A stretch of 64,000 nucleotides of DNA, taken from the NCBI GenBank assembly GCA_017502865.1, contig JAFVUD010000006.1, forward strand, positions 189,832-253,831, given 5' to 3'. Made by a program: the position numbers and the translations under genes. Under the pieces are notes generated by a model, which saw nothing but the letters and a program-made list of their open reading frames with translations, had not been told where the DNA came from and made no database searches. This DNA is from Alphaproteobacteria bacterium (GTDB taxonomy: Bacteria; Pseudomonadota; Alphaproteobacteria; Rs-D84). Shown here one piece after another: positions 36,937 to 46,204 of this stretch; positions within the stretch are counted from its first letter, which is position 1; the number at the start of each line of letters is the position of its first letter.

Positions 36937-37479
36937 TTAGTGTTCTTGGGTCGCCAATTGTTTGGCCTGGGCAAAGAAGGTCAATGATTGTCCCAACAGG
37001 CCATCTGTAAATGTGGCAGACAAAATGCCGTCAGGTTCGGTTGAGTTCAAATGCACCAGAAATGCGTCCGCACGGCGCATGTAATTGTCAATGCTGCGGG
37101 CGATTTCAGAATCCAGTTTAATACATCTGCGCAGTTTTTCCAGTGCAAATGGATTTTTTGCGTATTCGTCCATAATGCCACCCAGTGCACGCCACAATGG
37201 ATGTTCGGATGTGTTGCGTGGCATGACGTCAATCGCAGCCATGATTGGTATCAGATTTTGTAACAGGTCTTGGTAAATCATTTCTGCGTTTTCGGCAACG
37301 GCGTTGGTTGCAGATTTGTTTTTCAAGACGGATTGGATTTTTACAATCAGGTTATATTGGTGGGCCAGGGTCTTGTTCATGTCACGGATATAGCGGTTTA
37401 TGCGAAACATAAATGTTGTCATTGTAATGCCCATAATGATAACTAATGTAATACCGACTAAAATCAAAGTGTTCTGCAT
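36937..37479 (-). CDS. Hypothetical single-TM protein (180 aa), first gene of the sufBC-containing unit
   Basis: Start ATG 37479 with RBS GGGGGAA. N-terminal TM helix. No family recognised. Confidence 0.4.
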   Translation of the reverse strand: MQNTLILVGITLVIIMGITMTTFMFRINRYIRDMNKTLAHQYNLIVKIQSVLKNKSATNAVAENAEMIYQDLLQNLIPIMAAIDVMPRNTSEHPLWRALGGIMDEYAKNPFALEKLRRCIKLDSEIARSIDNYMRRADAFLVHLNSTEPDGILSATFTDGLLGQSLTFFAQAKQLATQEH

Positions 37480-37596
37480 AATTTGTATTCCCCCAATGTT
37501 TGTAATTTCTGTATGCAGTATAACACCTTTTGTCGATTCGTGCGATTTTATCTTTTGGGGTAATGAATTTAGTCGAATTTTATGTGTTTTTAGCCC

Positions 37597-37625
37597 TTGC
37601 ACAGATTCGGTCAAATTGTTATAAT
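37597..37625 (+). promoter_or_regulatory. Near-consensus sigma70 promoter (TTGCAC, 17-nt spacer, TATAAT) for the TcpQ-like/secretin pair
   Basis: -35 at 37597..37602. -10 at 37620..37625. RBS AGGAAAGGAAG before ATG 37667. Confidence 0.5.
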
Positions 37626-37666
37626 AATTACTAAAGTAAAGGAAATTCACAGGAAAGGAAGTCGTT

Positions 37667-38629
37667 ATGTTCCGTAAAATTTTGATTATTGCAATGTTTG
37701 GGACCGCCGCAGGATACTGCTTTGCGGCACAAAATCAGCCCCAGGTTGTCACATCAGAAGTTTTTTATAGCCAGGATAAGTATGTCGATGAAGATGTTCA
37801 GGTTGTAGAAGGTTTTCAGGAAATGGATGTCCAGGCAATGCCTGTGCCGGTGTGGCCATTGGCAGGGTCAGAGGCAGACGTAGAAGTTTCCTGTGAAAGT
37901 GGTGTTTGTTCCAAGAAAAAACAATCGGATAATATCAAAATCGTTTCCAAAATTGGGGCAGATTTGGTTGTGGAAAATAATTTTAACCTGGGGGCACGTG
38001 GTGAATTCTCGGGCTGGTCGGGTGGTGCAAATATGTTGCACGGGGCCCAGGCACCGATGGGTTTTGTTGATGAATGTGAAGGTGCCGGTGAAATGCCATT
38101 GTTGACACGTGAAATGCTGGAAGATGATGGTGGTACGGTTTTAAGTGTTTCACGCAGTTCGCGTAAAAACTGTGGTAAATACGCAGATAATTATGCGGCC
38201 TTTGCCCAGCGTGCAGGTATTAGAACAACTGTTGGTCCAGATGGTACAGTTGTGTCAGTCGCCGAAGCAGATCCAGATAACCCAGATGCTGTTTTGGGTA
38301 TTGTCAGCACAGAAGAAACAGAAATCGCAGTTGATGTGTCGGCCGATGCAGAAGCACCAGTTGCAGTCAAAGACCAGGTGCGTTCATGGGTTGTTGCAAA
38401 TGGTCAGACATTGCGTGAAGTTTTGCAGTCTTGGTGCAACAAAGAAGGTTGGGATTTGGTTTGGGCAACATCACGTGAATACCCAATCGAAGCCAGTGCG
38501 GTTTTCAAGGGGCGTTTTGTTGACGTAGCGTCTGCGTTGGTGCGTAATTTTGGTCGTGCGACACCAGTGCCATATGCAAAATTCTATAAGGGGAATCGTG
38601 TGTTGGTTGTTTCAACAGGCGAAGAATAA
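37667..38629 (+). CDS. Secreted protein with a TcpQ-like C-terminal domain (toxin-coregulated-pilus TcpQ / R64-type PilL-like, secretin-associated)
   Basis: Sec signal peptide (AAGYCFA-AQ). Acidic middle region. The C-terminal ~90 aa (WVVANGQTLREVLQSWCNKEGWDLVW…FKGRFVDVASALVRNF) match the pattern I recall for the TcpQ domain. Confidence 0.5.
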   Translation: MFRKILIIAMFGTAAGYCFAAQNQPQVVTSEVFYSQDKYVDEDVQVVEGFQEMDVQAMPVPVWPLAGSEADVEVSCESGVCSKKKQSDNIKIVSKIGADLVVENNFNLGARGEFSGWSGGANMLHGAQAPMGFVDECEGAGEMPLLTREMLEDDGGTVLSVSRSSRKNCGKYADNYAAFAQRAGIRTTVGPDGTVVSVAEADPDNPDAVLGIVSTEETEIAVDVSADAEAPVAVKDQVRSWVVANGQTLREVLQSWCNKEGWDLVWATSREYPIEASAVFKGRFVDVASALVRNFGRATPVPYAKFYKGNRVLVVSTGEE

Positions 38630-38670
38630 AGACCGGTTAAATTAAAGAAAGATGTCGTAGGAGAGGATAT

Positions 38671-40299
38671 ATGAAAAACCTGATTAAAATGTTCGTGGTG
38701 TGTGGGGCGGTTTGTATGATGGTTGCAGGCTGTGCACACAAAGAATCTGCCAAGGTTGCGGCATCTGTGGACCAGGACTTTGTGAATGCGTATGATGCGT
38801 TCGAAATGGCAAAAAATCCACGTGCCAAGGTGGCCAGTGGTGATACTGTTTCTATGTCCGAAGGTGTTTGGTTGGGTAATAAGTCTGTTTTGTTGGAACA
38901 TAAAAACAATTTGCCGGCACAATTTGAAACGGATACAGGTGTTACTATATTATTAAATGAAGCGGTCGCTTTGCCGGTGTTGGCGAATGATATTCATTCT
39001 ATTACAGGTATTCCAGTTCGTATCGATAGCCAGGTCAGTGCTGAAAAATTAAAGAATGCGGTTAATGTTGCATATACTGGTAAGTTGTCTGGATTATTAT
39101 CCCAGGTTGCGACAGATTTAGATTTGCTGTGGTATTATGATAAAAGTGCAATTGTGTTCTATGAAACGGAAACCAAGACATTTACATTGTATGCGTTGGG
39201 GACCGATGTTTCGTACCAGACGGCTGTTGCCACAGATGATGGAAACCAGGTTTCATTGGAATCTACATTAAAAGAATGGGACGAAGTAGAAAAGACGATT
39301 GGTTCGATTGTTGGTTCGTCTGATAATGCACAATTTACAGTGTCACGCAGTTTGGGTACAATTACAGTGACGGCACCGCCATCGGTTTTGGCACGTGTTG
39401 GTGACTATATTGAACGTCAAAACAAACGTTTAAGTCAGTTGGTGACAATTGATGTTAAGGTTTTACAGGTATCTATTTCAAATGATACTGCGTTTGGGTT
39501 GAATTTGGCGGCGGCAATTAATTCGGCATCTGGGTTGAATATTGTTGCGAATCCAAAAAATAATTTGGCCACAACCGAAGCCAGTTCGATGAATATCGCT
39601 GTTTTGTCGAATACTTTGTCTGCGTTGACGGGGGCAACACATACAGAAAATGGTTCGACAGTAGAAGGGGCATATACCCAGGATCAGATTACAAATGGTT
39701 CTTTGTCGGCCGCCGCAGGCAGCAGTGCGTTAATCGAAGCGTTGGCAAAACAGGGCAAGGTTTCGTTGGTCACAAATGTAGGTGTCACAACCCGTTCAAA
39801 TCGTGTTGCACCGGTCAGCAATACCCGCACAACAGGTTATATTAAACGTTTTGAATCACGTAACTTTACAACGGTTGAATCCAGTACAGTTGACCAAGAT
39901 GATTTGGAAACAGGGTTCACAATGCAGTTGTTGCCAAATGTTTTGGAAAATGGGAAAATCTTGCTGTTGTTCCGTATGTCGGTACGTGAATTGTTAAAGA
40001 TGTCAACCCAAACAATTGGTGAAGTGACATTGCAGTTGCCAGAAGTTGAAGAACGCAGTTTCATGCAGGAAATCATTATGGAATCTGGCCAGATGTTGGT
40101 TGTATCTGGGTTTGAAAAGCAGACCAATAATGATACACGGTATGGTTTGGGTGATCCGGACTTTATGGCGTTGTCTGGTTCGCGTGAAACGGCATCAACC
40201 CGTGAAGTGTTGGTTGTAATCCTGACACCACAGGTATTGGTCAGCCCGATGGATGCAGAAAGAACAATTCAACAGCATTGGGGTGCGCCACTGAATTAA
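38671..40299 (+). CDS. Lipoprotein secretin of the type IVb pilus class (TcpC/BfpB/PilN-like)
   Basis: Lipobox MVAGC. N-terminal periplasmic domains. C-terminal secretin-like domain (…GFTMQLLPNVLENGKILLLFRMSV…REVLVVILTPQVL). 542 aa. Confidence 0.65.
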   Translation: MKNLIKMFVVCGAVCMMVAGCAHKESAKVAASVDQDFVNAYDAFEMAKNPRAKVASGDTVSMSEGVWLGNKSVLLEHKNNLPAQFETDTGVTILLNEAVALPVLANDIHSITGIPVRIDSQVSAEKLKNAVNVAYTGKLSGLLSQVATDLDLLWYYDKSAIVFYETETKTFTLYALGTDVSYQTAVATDDGNQVSLESTLKEWDEVEKTIGSIVGSSDNAQFTVSRSLGTITVTAPPSVLARVGDYIERQNKRLSQLVTIDVKVLQVSISNDTAFGLNLAAAINSASGLNIVANPKNNLATTEASSMNIAVLSNTLSALTGATHTENGSTVEGAYTQDQITNGSLSAAAGSSALIEALAKQGKVSLVTNVGVTTRSNRVAPVSNTRTTGYIKRFESRNFTTVESSTVDQDDLETGFTMQLLPNVLENGKILLLFRMSVRELLKMSTQTIGEVTLQLPEVEERSFMQEIIMESGQMLVVSGFEKQTNNDTRYGLGDPDFMALSGSRETASTREVLVVILTPQVLVSPMDAERTIQQHWGAPLN

Positions 40300-40319
40300 T
40301 GTAGTTGTGAAAAATAATT

Positions 40320-40352
40320 AAGAATGGCCCGTTGGGGTCATTCTTTTTTTGT
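40320..40352 (+). terminator. Rho-independent terminator after the secretin gene
   Basis: AGAATGGCCCGTTGGGGTCATTCT hairpin followed by T7. Confidence 0.6.
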
Positions 40353-40449
40353 ATATTGTATGGGGTGCGGATATATTGTTATATTTAGGCATATAAACCC
40401 CAATAAGTATGTTGTATAACGTATTGAAATTACTGAATATTTTTCTTGC

Positions 40450-40462
40450 TTTTTTTTTTTTT
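40450..40462. repeat. Homopolymeric T13 tract in the promoter region of the fibre-like gene
   Basis: 13 consecutive T, immediately 3' of a TTGCTT -35-like hexamer (40446..40451). Confidence 0.8.
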
Positions 40463-40491
40463 ATTGATTGAAATATTAATGTCGTATTCGC

Positions 40492-40520
40492 TTGCTATGG
40501 GGGTGGAAATCTGGTAAAAT
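40492..40520 (+). promoter_or_regulatory. Sigma70-type promoter (TTGCTA, 17-nt spacer, TAAAAT) upstream of the fibre-like gene
   Basis: -35 at 40492..40497. -10 at 40515..40520. Confidence 0.4.
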
Positions 40521-40598
40521 ATTTTTAAGCGGACATTCTGGAAAAGATAAGTGCAACGGACTTTTTTCAGCTTTTTACATAAAGTCCGGGAGAGTAGG

Positions 40599-42131
40599 GT
40601 GTACTTAAAGCGATTTGGATTTTTACTGCTTGCTGTCAGTGCGGCGTTTTGCACGCCTGTTTTTGCCGCAATTACCAGTAAAGAATATGTTGATGAACAT
40701 GTTAAAAACCAGGTAAGCACATTGGCGGCTAAGTCTGAGATTCCGACAAAAGTATCTGATTTGGAAAATGATTCTGGATTTATTACTGCGTTTGATATTC
40801 CGTCTGCGCCAAATGTCCCGACCAAGGTTTCTGAATTTGAAAATGATGCAAAATATGTGACGGAAACTGCAATGGGGACAGAATTGTCCAGTTATGCCAA
40901 GACAGCAACTGTTAACACGGAATTGGCCAAGAAAGCGAATGCCAGTGATTTGGCAAATTATGCGACAACATCTGCCATGAATACGGCGTTGGCGGCCAAG
41001 GCAGATAGCACTGAATTGAATTCATTGGCAACCAAGACGGAATTATCGGAAGGCTTGTCTGGTAAGCAAGATACTTTGACCACAGCGCAGCAAAATGCAG
41101 TTAATTCAGGTATTACAGCAGATAAAGTTTCAACATATGATGGCTATGCGTCGCAGATTGCAGGTAAGCAGGCGGCGGGTGATTATGCAACGAATTCTGC
41201 TTTGACCAGTGGTTTGTCGGGCAAACAAGATACATTGACCACAGCACAACAGAATGCAGTTAATTCAGGTATTACAGCAGATAAAGTTTCAACATATGAT
41301 GGCTATGCGGCACAGATTGCAGGTAAGCAGGCGGCGGGTGATTATGCGCTGAAGTCTGAATTGCCAACGGCGACATCTGATTTAACAAATGACAGTGGTT
41401 TTATCACCAATGCTGCTTTGGCAGATTATGCAAAAACTGCAGATGTAAATACGGAATTGGCCAAGAAGGCAAATACCAGTGATTTGGCAAATTATGCGAC
41501 AACGTCTGCCATGAATACGGCATTAGCGGCCAAGGCAGATAGTACTGAATTGAATTCTTTGGCGACCAAGACAGAATTATCGGAAGGCTTGGCCGGAAAG
41601 CAAGCTACATTAACCACAGCGCAGCAAAATGCGGTTAATTCGGGTATTACAGCAGATAAAGTTTCGACATATGATGGCTATGCGGCACAGATTGCAGGTA
41701 AGCAAGCGGTTGGTGATTATGCAACAAATACTGCATTAACAACAGGCTTGTCCGGTAAGCAAGATACATTGACCACCGCGCAACAGGCGGCGGTTGATTC
41801 TGGTATTACAGCAGATAAAGTTTCAACATATGATGGCTATGCGGCACAGATTTCAGCCAAGGCAAATGCAACAGATTTGTCAGGGCATATTGCGAATACT
41901 GAAAATCCGCATGCAGTGACCAAGACCCAGGTTGGTTTGGGTAATGTTCAAAATGTTGATCAGACAAATGCAAGTAATTTGACGTCTGGGACGGTTGCGT
42001 ATGGTCGTTTGCCGGTTGGTACCGCGGCCAGTACTGTTGCAGCGGGTAATGATGTGCGTTTTAATACAATTCCAACAACCCAGCCATCGGGTACACCACC
42101 ATCAGGTCAGGTGTTTATCTGGTTTAATTAA
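40599..42131 (+). CDS. Secreted repeat protein with a phage tail-fibre-like C-terminal motif. The start could be GTG 40551 or GTG 40599.
   Basis: Signal peptide FLLLAVSAAFCTPVFA-A. Four near-identical ~55-aa repeats (LSGKQDTLTTAQQNAVNSGITADKVSTYDGYAAQIAGKQAAGDYAT). Recurring NDSGFIT. C-terminal ENPHAVTKTQVGLGNVQN, typical of tail-fibre proteins. Confidence 0.55.
   Translation: MYLKRFGFLLLAVSAAFCTPVFAAITSKEYVDEHVKNQVSTLAAKSEIPTKVSDLENDSGFITAFDIPSAPNVPTKVSEFENDAKYVTETAMGTELSSYAKTATVNTELAKKANASDLANYATTSAMNTALAAKADSTELNSLATKTELSEGLSGKQDTLTTAQQNAVNSGITADKVSTYDGYASQIAGKQAAGDYATNSALTSGLSGKQDTLTTAQQNAVNSGITADKVSTYDGYAAQIAGKQAAGDYALKSELPTATSDLTNDSGFITNAALADYAKTADVNTELAKKANTSDLANYATTSAMNTALAAKADSTELNSLATKTELSEGLAGKQATLTTAQQNAVNSGITADKVSTYDGYAAQIAGKQAVGDYATNTALTTGLSGKQDTLTTAQQAAVDSGITADKVSTYDGYAAQISAKANATDLSGHIANTENPHAVTKTQVGLGNVQNVDQTNASNLTSGTVAYGRLPVGTAASTVAAGNDVRFNTIPTTQPSGTPPSGQVFIWFN
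40905..41870 (+). repeat. Intragenic tandem duplication (~540-bp units at ~90% nucleotide identity, containing ~160-bp sub-repeats)
   Basis: The nucleotide strings gcaaattatgcgacaac…ggtaagcaagatac recur at ~40941 and ~41477. The sub-repeat cagcagataaagtttcaacatatgatggctatgcg occurs four times. Confidence 0.7.
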
Positions 42132-42165
42132 TCATAGGGTGCATAAATAAGTGGTGCTGAATTGA

Positions 42166-43158
42166 ATGCCTGTATTGAATGTCGGTGATTTTCAAATGAT
42201 TGTACAGACGGTTCAGGAAACGCAACCGTCGCTGAAAATCATGGGTGCAGACGGGGTTATTTATTATGCAAATGCATTTATTGGTGAATGTCCCAATGCT
42301 TTGAAAGTTTCAAATGGTGAAGATGTTTATACCATTGGTTCCCGTTCATTGTATTACGAAGTCACAACATTTGATACGTGTGAAACGGTGACCCTGGTTC
42401 CGGGGTGCTATACCGTTGAAATAATGGGTGGTCGTGGTGGTCAGGGTGGTAATAATGCAGATGAAGCCAGTGGATTGGCCCAGGCAGAAACATTAAGTTT
42501 TTCGATTTCGGTTGATACAACAGTTTATTTGTTCCGTGGTGGTGATGGCAAGAATGGTGGCGTTAACTCGTCGGGCAGTATTTATTCTGGCGGTGGCGGC
42601 GGTGCATCTGGTGTTCCCAGTTTTTTCCAGGTTGGTATAGATTATATTGTTTCCCAGGGTGGCGATGGTGCCCAGGGGGCTGGCGGTTATAACAGTTCTG
42701 GGGTAGAACAGACCTGTGGTGCCGGCGGTGGTGGCAGTGCCACATCGGGTGGTGATGGTTGGGTGGCACGTGGTTCAGATGCACTGGGGGCAAATGGATT
42801 TGTGTGTGGCGGTGGCGGTGGTGGTGCCGTTGGTGGTGCGGCCGGTGCAACATCGTCTGGATTTTTGTATAATGGTTCTGCGGGGGCGGCTGCGACAGAT
42901 ACAGCGGGTGGTGCCGGCGGAAACAGTTCAATGGGTGGATTGTTGGGTTCGTCCAGTGCAACCGGTGGTGCCGGTGGTGCAAATGTGGCGTATACATGTG
43001 GGACCCAGACAATTTATTCGTATGGTGGTGGTGGCGGTGGTTCTGTTTCCACAGGCGGATTGTTTGGTAGTGGTGTTGGTGTAAACGGTGGTGCCGGTGG
43101 CAGTGGTTCAACAGGCAGCAGTTCTGTATCGTATGTCAGAATTTATCGATTTGGTTAA
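42166..43158 (+). CDS. Glycine-rich protein (330 aa), probably partnered with the fibre-like protein
   Basis: N-terminal ~100-aa globular region, then GG(x)GG-rich low-complexity sequence with Ser/Ala. Separated from the upstream gene by 34 bp. Terminator follows at 43164..43188. Confidence 0.5.
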   Translation: MPVLNVGDFQMIVQTVQETQPSLKIMGADGVIYYANAFIGECPNALKVSNGEDVYTIGSRSLYYEVTTFDTCETVTLVPGCYTVEIMGGRGGQGGNNADEASGLAQAETLSFSISVDTTVYLFRGGDGKNGGVNSSGSIYSGGGGGASGVPSFFQVGIDYIVSQGGDGAQGAGGYNSSGVEQTCGAGGGGSATSGGDGWVARGSDALGANGFVCGGGGGGAVGGAAGATSSGFLYNGSAGAAATDTAGGAGGNSSMGGLLGSSSATGGAGGANVAYTCGTQTIYSYGGGGGGSVSTGGLFGSGVGVNGGAGGSGSTGSSSVSYVRIYRFG

Positions 43159-43163
43159 AAAAA

Positions 43164-43188
43164 ATAGCCCCGTTTGGGGCGTTTTTTA
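43164..43188 (+). terminator. Rho-independent terminator
   Basis: GCCCCGTTTGGGGC hairpin followed by T6. Confidence 0.7.
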
Positions 43189-43238
43189 TAACGACAAAAA
43201 GCACGCCAACGGCGTGCAAATTTGTTTGCGATTACGCA

Positions 43239-43499
43239 TTAAGCCATTTTGGAAACTTTCTTGGCTAAACGTGAAATCTTGCGTGCGGCACGTTTCTTTG
43301 GCATAACTTTGCCGGCAGATTTCATGATTTTGCTTTCTGCGTTGCGTGTTGCAGATACTGCAGCCGCTTTGTCGCCAGATTCGATTGCAACCAATGCTTT
43401 CTTAGTTGCTGTTTTAACTGCACTGCGACGAGCAGTGTTGATAGCATTCTTTTTAGCTGTTACCAAAATTCTTTTTTCAGATGACTTGTGATTTGCCAC
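43239..43499 (-). CDS. rpsT: Ribosomal protein S20
   Basis: MANHKSSEKR N-terminus. Basic 86-aa protein. Terminator hairpin at 43195..43221 on the minus strand. Confidence 0.85.
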   Translation of the reverse strand: MANHKSSEKRILVTAKKNAINTARRSAVKTATKKALVAIESGDKAAAVSATRNAESKIMKSAGKVMPKKRAARKISRLAKKVSKMA

Positions 43500-43572
43500 G
43501 TTATTTTCCTTTTATTTTCGTCATGTTTTTGATATTTTATAGAAAACAAACATAAAATCAAGGAAAAATAAC

Positions 43573-44163
43573 ATGATAAATTACGTATTTGCAATTATTG
43601 TTTCATATCTGTTGGGCTCGATTCCAATGGGGTTGCTGTTAACACGATTTATGGGCAAGGGTGATTTAAGAAAAGTCGGCAGTGGTAATATTGGTGCAAC
43701 AAATGTTATGCGTGTCGGTGGACTGCGTATGGCAGGCTTGGTGTGGATTTTAGATATGGCCAAGGCGATTGCGGCTGTGTTTATTGGTAAATATATCGGT
43801 GGTGATGCATTCGGTGCATGGTGCGGATTTGCGGCAATTGTCGGGCATTGTTATCCGGTTTGGTTGCGTTTCAAAGGTGGTAAAGGAATATCTTCGCTGT
43901 TTGGGGTTGTGTTGGCGGTAAGTCCATTGACATTTGTTGTATGTGGGATTGAATGGCTGACGGTTGCGTTAACGTCTGGGATTTCATCACTGGGGGCGGT
44001 TATTGTGTTCTGTTTGCTGCCGGTGTTGGGATTTTGTATTGCCACACAAGTTGGTTGGGCATTTTTAGCGATTGGGTTGCTGTGTATGTGGCGGCATCGT
44101 GAAAATATCAAACGCTTGTTCCATGGAAACGAATCGAAAATAGAGTGGAAGTGGAAGAAGTAA
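43573..44163 (+). CDS. plsY: Glycerol-3-phosphate acyltransferase PlsY
   Basis: GSGNIGATN and HCYPVWLRFKGGKG motifs. Confidence 0.9.
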   Translation: MINYVFAIIVSYLLGSIPMGLLLTRFMGKGDLRKVGSGNIGATNVMRVGGLRMAGLVWILDMAKAIAAVFIGKYIGGDAFGAWCGFAAIVGHCYPVWLRFKGGKGISSLFGVVLAVSPLTFVVCGIEWLTVALTSGISSLGAVIVFCLLPVLGFCIATQVGWAFLAIGLLCMWRHRENIKRLFHGNESKIEWKWKK

Positions 44164-44267
44164 AACATATGGGTCATGATGAAAATCATGGCCCGTTTTT
44201 TATTAGGGCTTTATTTTTGTGCCTTTTTGTGGTATAATACGTGACAAGTAATGTAGGGGCAATAGTA

Positions 44268-45113
44268 ATGAGAAAACTTATTTCTTGGGCTGTGATGTGT
44301 TTGATAGCTGTGCCGGCGGTGGCAATGGTGCCAGCCGAAGGGCGTGGTCGTGCCGGGATGGCAGATAAAATGACGGGACGTGCAACAGCGTCTAAGGCAC
44401 AGATTGCGTCTATGGCAATGATTAAGCAGGAAAACCAATATATTTCTGCACCGGTCAAGACGGATGTGCCAGAAGATGAAAAGCCAGAAGAAAAACCAGT
44501 TGAACCAGAAAAAGATATGCGTGAACGTGAAAAAATGGCGTGTATCAATAATAATATTGGTGTTGGGGCGACTTTTGTTTGGGCATCACGGTACAGCAAT
44601 ACAGGCAACTATGCGTCTATGATTGAAGATATTGATAATCCAGAAAATAATATTTGCTGGGTCAAGGTTGGTTTGAAATCCAGTGATTCTAAAATCGATG
44701 TGTCTGATATTCCAACAAAATATTATATGATGGGCGATACAATTACATGTGGTGCGTGGACAGATGAAGGTAAGTTGAAAGATCGTATTTTGGATGCTAA
44801 AAAATCTGCACGTACATGGGCAACCGTTGGTGGGGCCGTTGGTGGTGCCGCGATTGGTGTTGGTGCAATGGAATTATTTGGAAATAAGCTGATTGGTGGT
44901 GCGGTTCAGGGACAAAAGTCACTGGAAGGTAATGAATTGCTGAAATCACAATTGGCGGTGTTGGCAGATGACAAACCGTCGGAATATCGTGAATTTAAAC
45001 AGCATATGCAGAATATAAAAAAGTTATGCACAGAAACAGAATGGCCAGATGGCAAGTTGCCAGAAGATTGTACCAAGTATGACTATGAATATCTGTTAAG
45101 TGTAATGAAATAA
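44268..45113 (+). CDS. Secreted hypothetical protein (282 aa)
   Basis: Signal peptide MRKLISWAVMCLIAVPAVA. Acidic PE-rich segment. Gly-rich patch. Terminator at 45118..45143. Confidence 0.5.
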   Translation: MRKLISWAVMCLIAVPAVAMVPAEGRGRAGMADKMTGRATASKAQIASMAMIKQENQYISAPVKTDVPEDEKPEEKPVEPEKDMREREKMACINNNIGVGATFVWASRYSNTGNYASMIEDIDNPENNICWVKVGLKSSDSKIDVSDIPTKYYMMGDTITCGAWTDEGKLKDRILDAKKSARTWATVGGAVGGAAIGVGAMELFGNKLIGGAVQGQKSLEGNELLKSQLAVLADDKPSEYREFKQHMQNIKKLCTETEWPDGKLPEDCTKYDYEYLLSVMK

Positions 45114-45181
45114 AAATAATCCCCCATGTGGGGATTTTTTTATCTTTGATTTTTTGGGGTTCGTCGTTTTATAGTGTGTGT

Positions 45182-46204
45182 ATGACAGATTTGTTTCATA
45201 AACTATTGATATTACGAACACCAAAAATTGGGGCGGCAAAATATAATGATTTGGTCGCACGTTTTGGGTCTGTGGCGGCGGCAGCAGAATCGTTGAATGC
45301 AGATACAGAACATCGTAATCGTGTTTTGCGTGAAATGGATTTGGCAAATGAATTAGGTATTAAATATGTTGCAGATACTGATTCGTTTTATCCTGAAAAA
45401 TTAAAGCAGATGAAAAATCACCCACCGGTAATTACAGTGCGTGGTAATTTAGATGTATTAAATAAGCCGATTGTTTCAATTGTTGGAACACGTCATGCAA
45501 CGGCAACCGGAATGGGATTTATTGCAGATATTGCAAATGCATTTGCAGATCATGGTTTTGCAGTTGCGTCTGGCATGGCCATAGGAACAGATACTGCGGC
45601 ACATCGTGGTGCGTTGCGTGCAGATGGAAATGCACAAACAATTGCGGTATTGGCAGGTGGGTGTGATTATATTTGGCCGTTGGAAAACGAATCGCTGTAT
45701 TGGGAAATTGTTTCACGTGGTGCAGTAATCAGCGAGATGCCCGTTGGTTTTACGCCGGTTGCAACGAATTTTGTGCAAAGAAATCGAATCGTTTCGGGAC
45801 TGTGTGATAAGTTGATTTTAGGTGAAGCAGACCTGAAATCGGGGTCTATGACAACCGCCCGATTCGCAAAAGAGGCGGAAAAGCAAGTGTTTGCCATTCC
45901 ATCGCATCCAGCCGATTCGAGATCACATGGACCAAATTCGTTGATAAAATCGGGTGATGCAATTTTATGTATGGGGGTAAATGATTTCTTTAGGGACGAA
46001 AAAGTTGAAAAAGATATCAAAACTGGTCCAGAAAAAAACGAATCGGAAAATATTTTAATCGATAAATTGGGAATGATTCCTGTGTCAGAAACTGTATTGG
46101 CACAGATTGTCAAAAAGTCGATTTCGGAAATTAAAAGTATGCTGGTTGTGTTGGAATTACAGGGGTTAGTGCGAAAAGTTGATGGTGGTTATGTTCGTGT
46201 GTGA
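45182..46204 (+). CDS. dprA: DNA-processing protein DprA/Smf
   Basis: Rossmann-like core IVSIVGTRHATATGMGFIADIA…GMAIGTDTAAHRGAL. C-terminal winged-helix-like tail. Confidence 0.8.
   Translation: MTDLFHKLLILRTPKIGAAKYNDLVARFGSVAAAAESLNADTEHRNRVLREMDLANELGIKYVADTDSFYPEKLKQMKNHPPVITVRGNLDVLNKPIVSIVGTRHATATGMGFIADIANAFADHGFAVASGMAIGTDTAAHRGALRADGNAQTIAVLAGGCDYIWPLENESLYWEIVSRGAVISEMPVGFTPVATNFVQRNRIVSGLCDKLILGEADLKSGSMTTARFAKEAEKQVFAIPSHPADSRSHGPNSLIKSGDAILCMGVNDFFRDEKVEKDIKTGPEKNESENILIDKLGMIPVSETVLAQIVKKSISEIKSMLVVLELQGLVRKVDGGYVRV

Noticed and set aside
40430-40825. 131-aa minus-strand ORF overlapping the promoter region and 5' end of the fibre-like gene.
   Set aside because: Low-complexity K-rich translation across the AT-rich intergenic region and T13 tract. 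It is antisense to a gene with a clear signal peptide and promoter.
42563-43111. 182-aa His/Pro/Arg-rich ORF on the minus strand (and ORF 42716..43084 on the plus strand), lying inside the glycine-rich gene.
   Set aside because: These are the expected antisense or off-frame readings of GGT/GGC-rich glycine codons. They lie entirely within the better-supported 42166..43158 gene, which has its own RBS and terminator.
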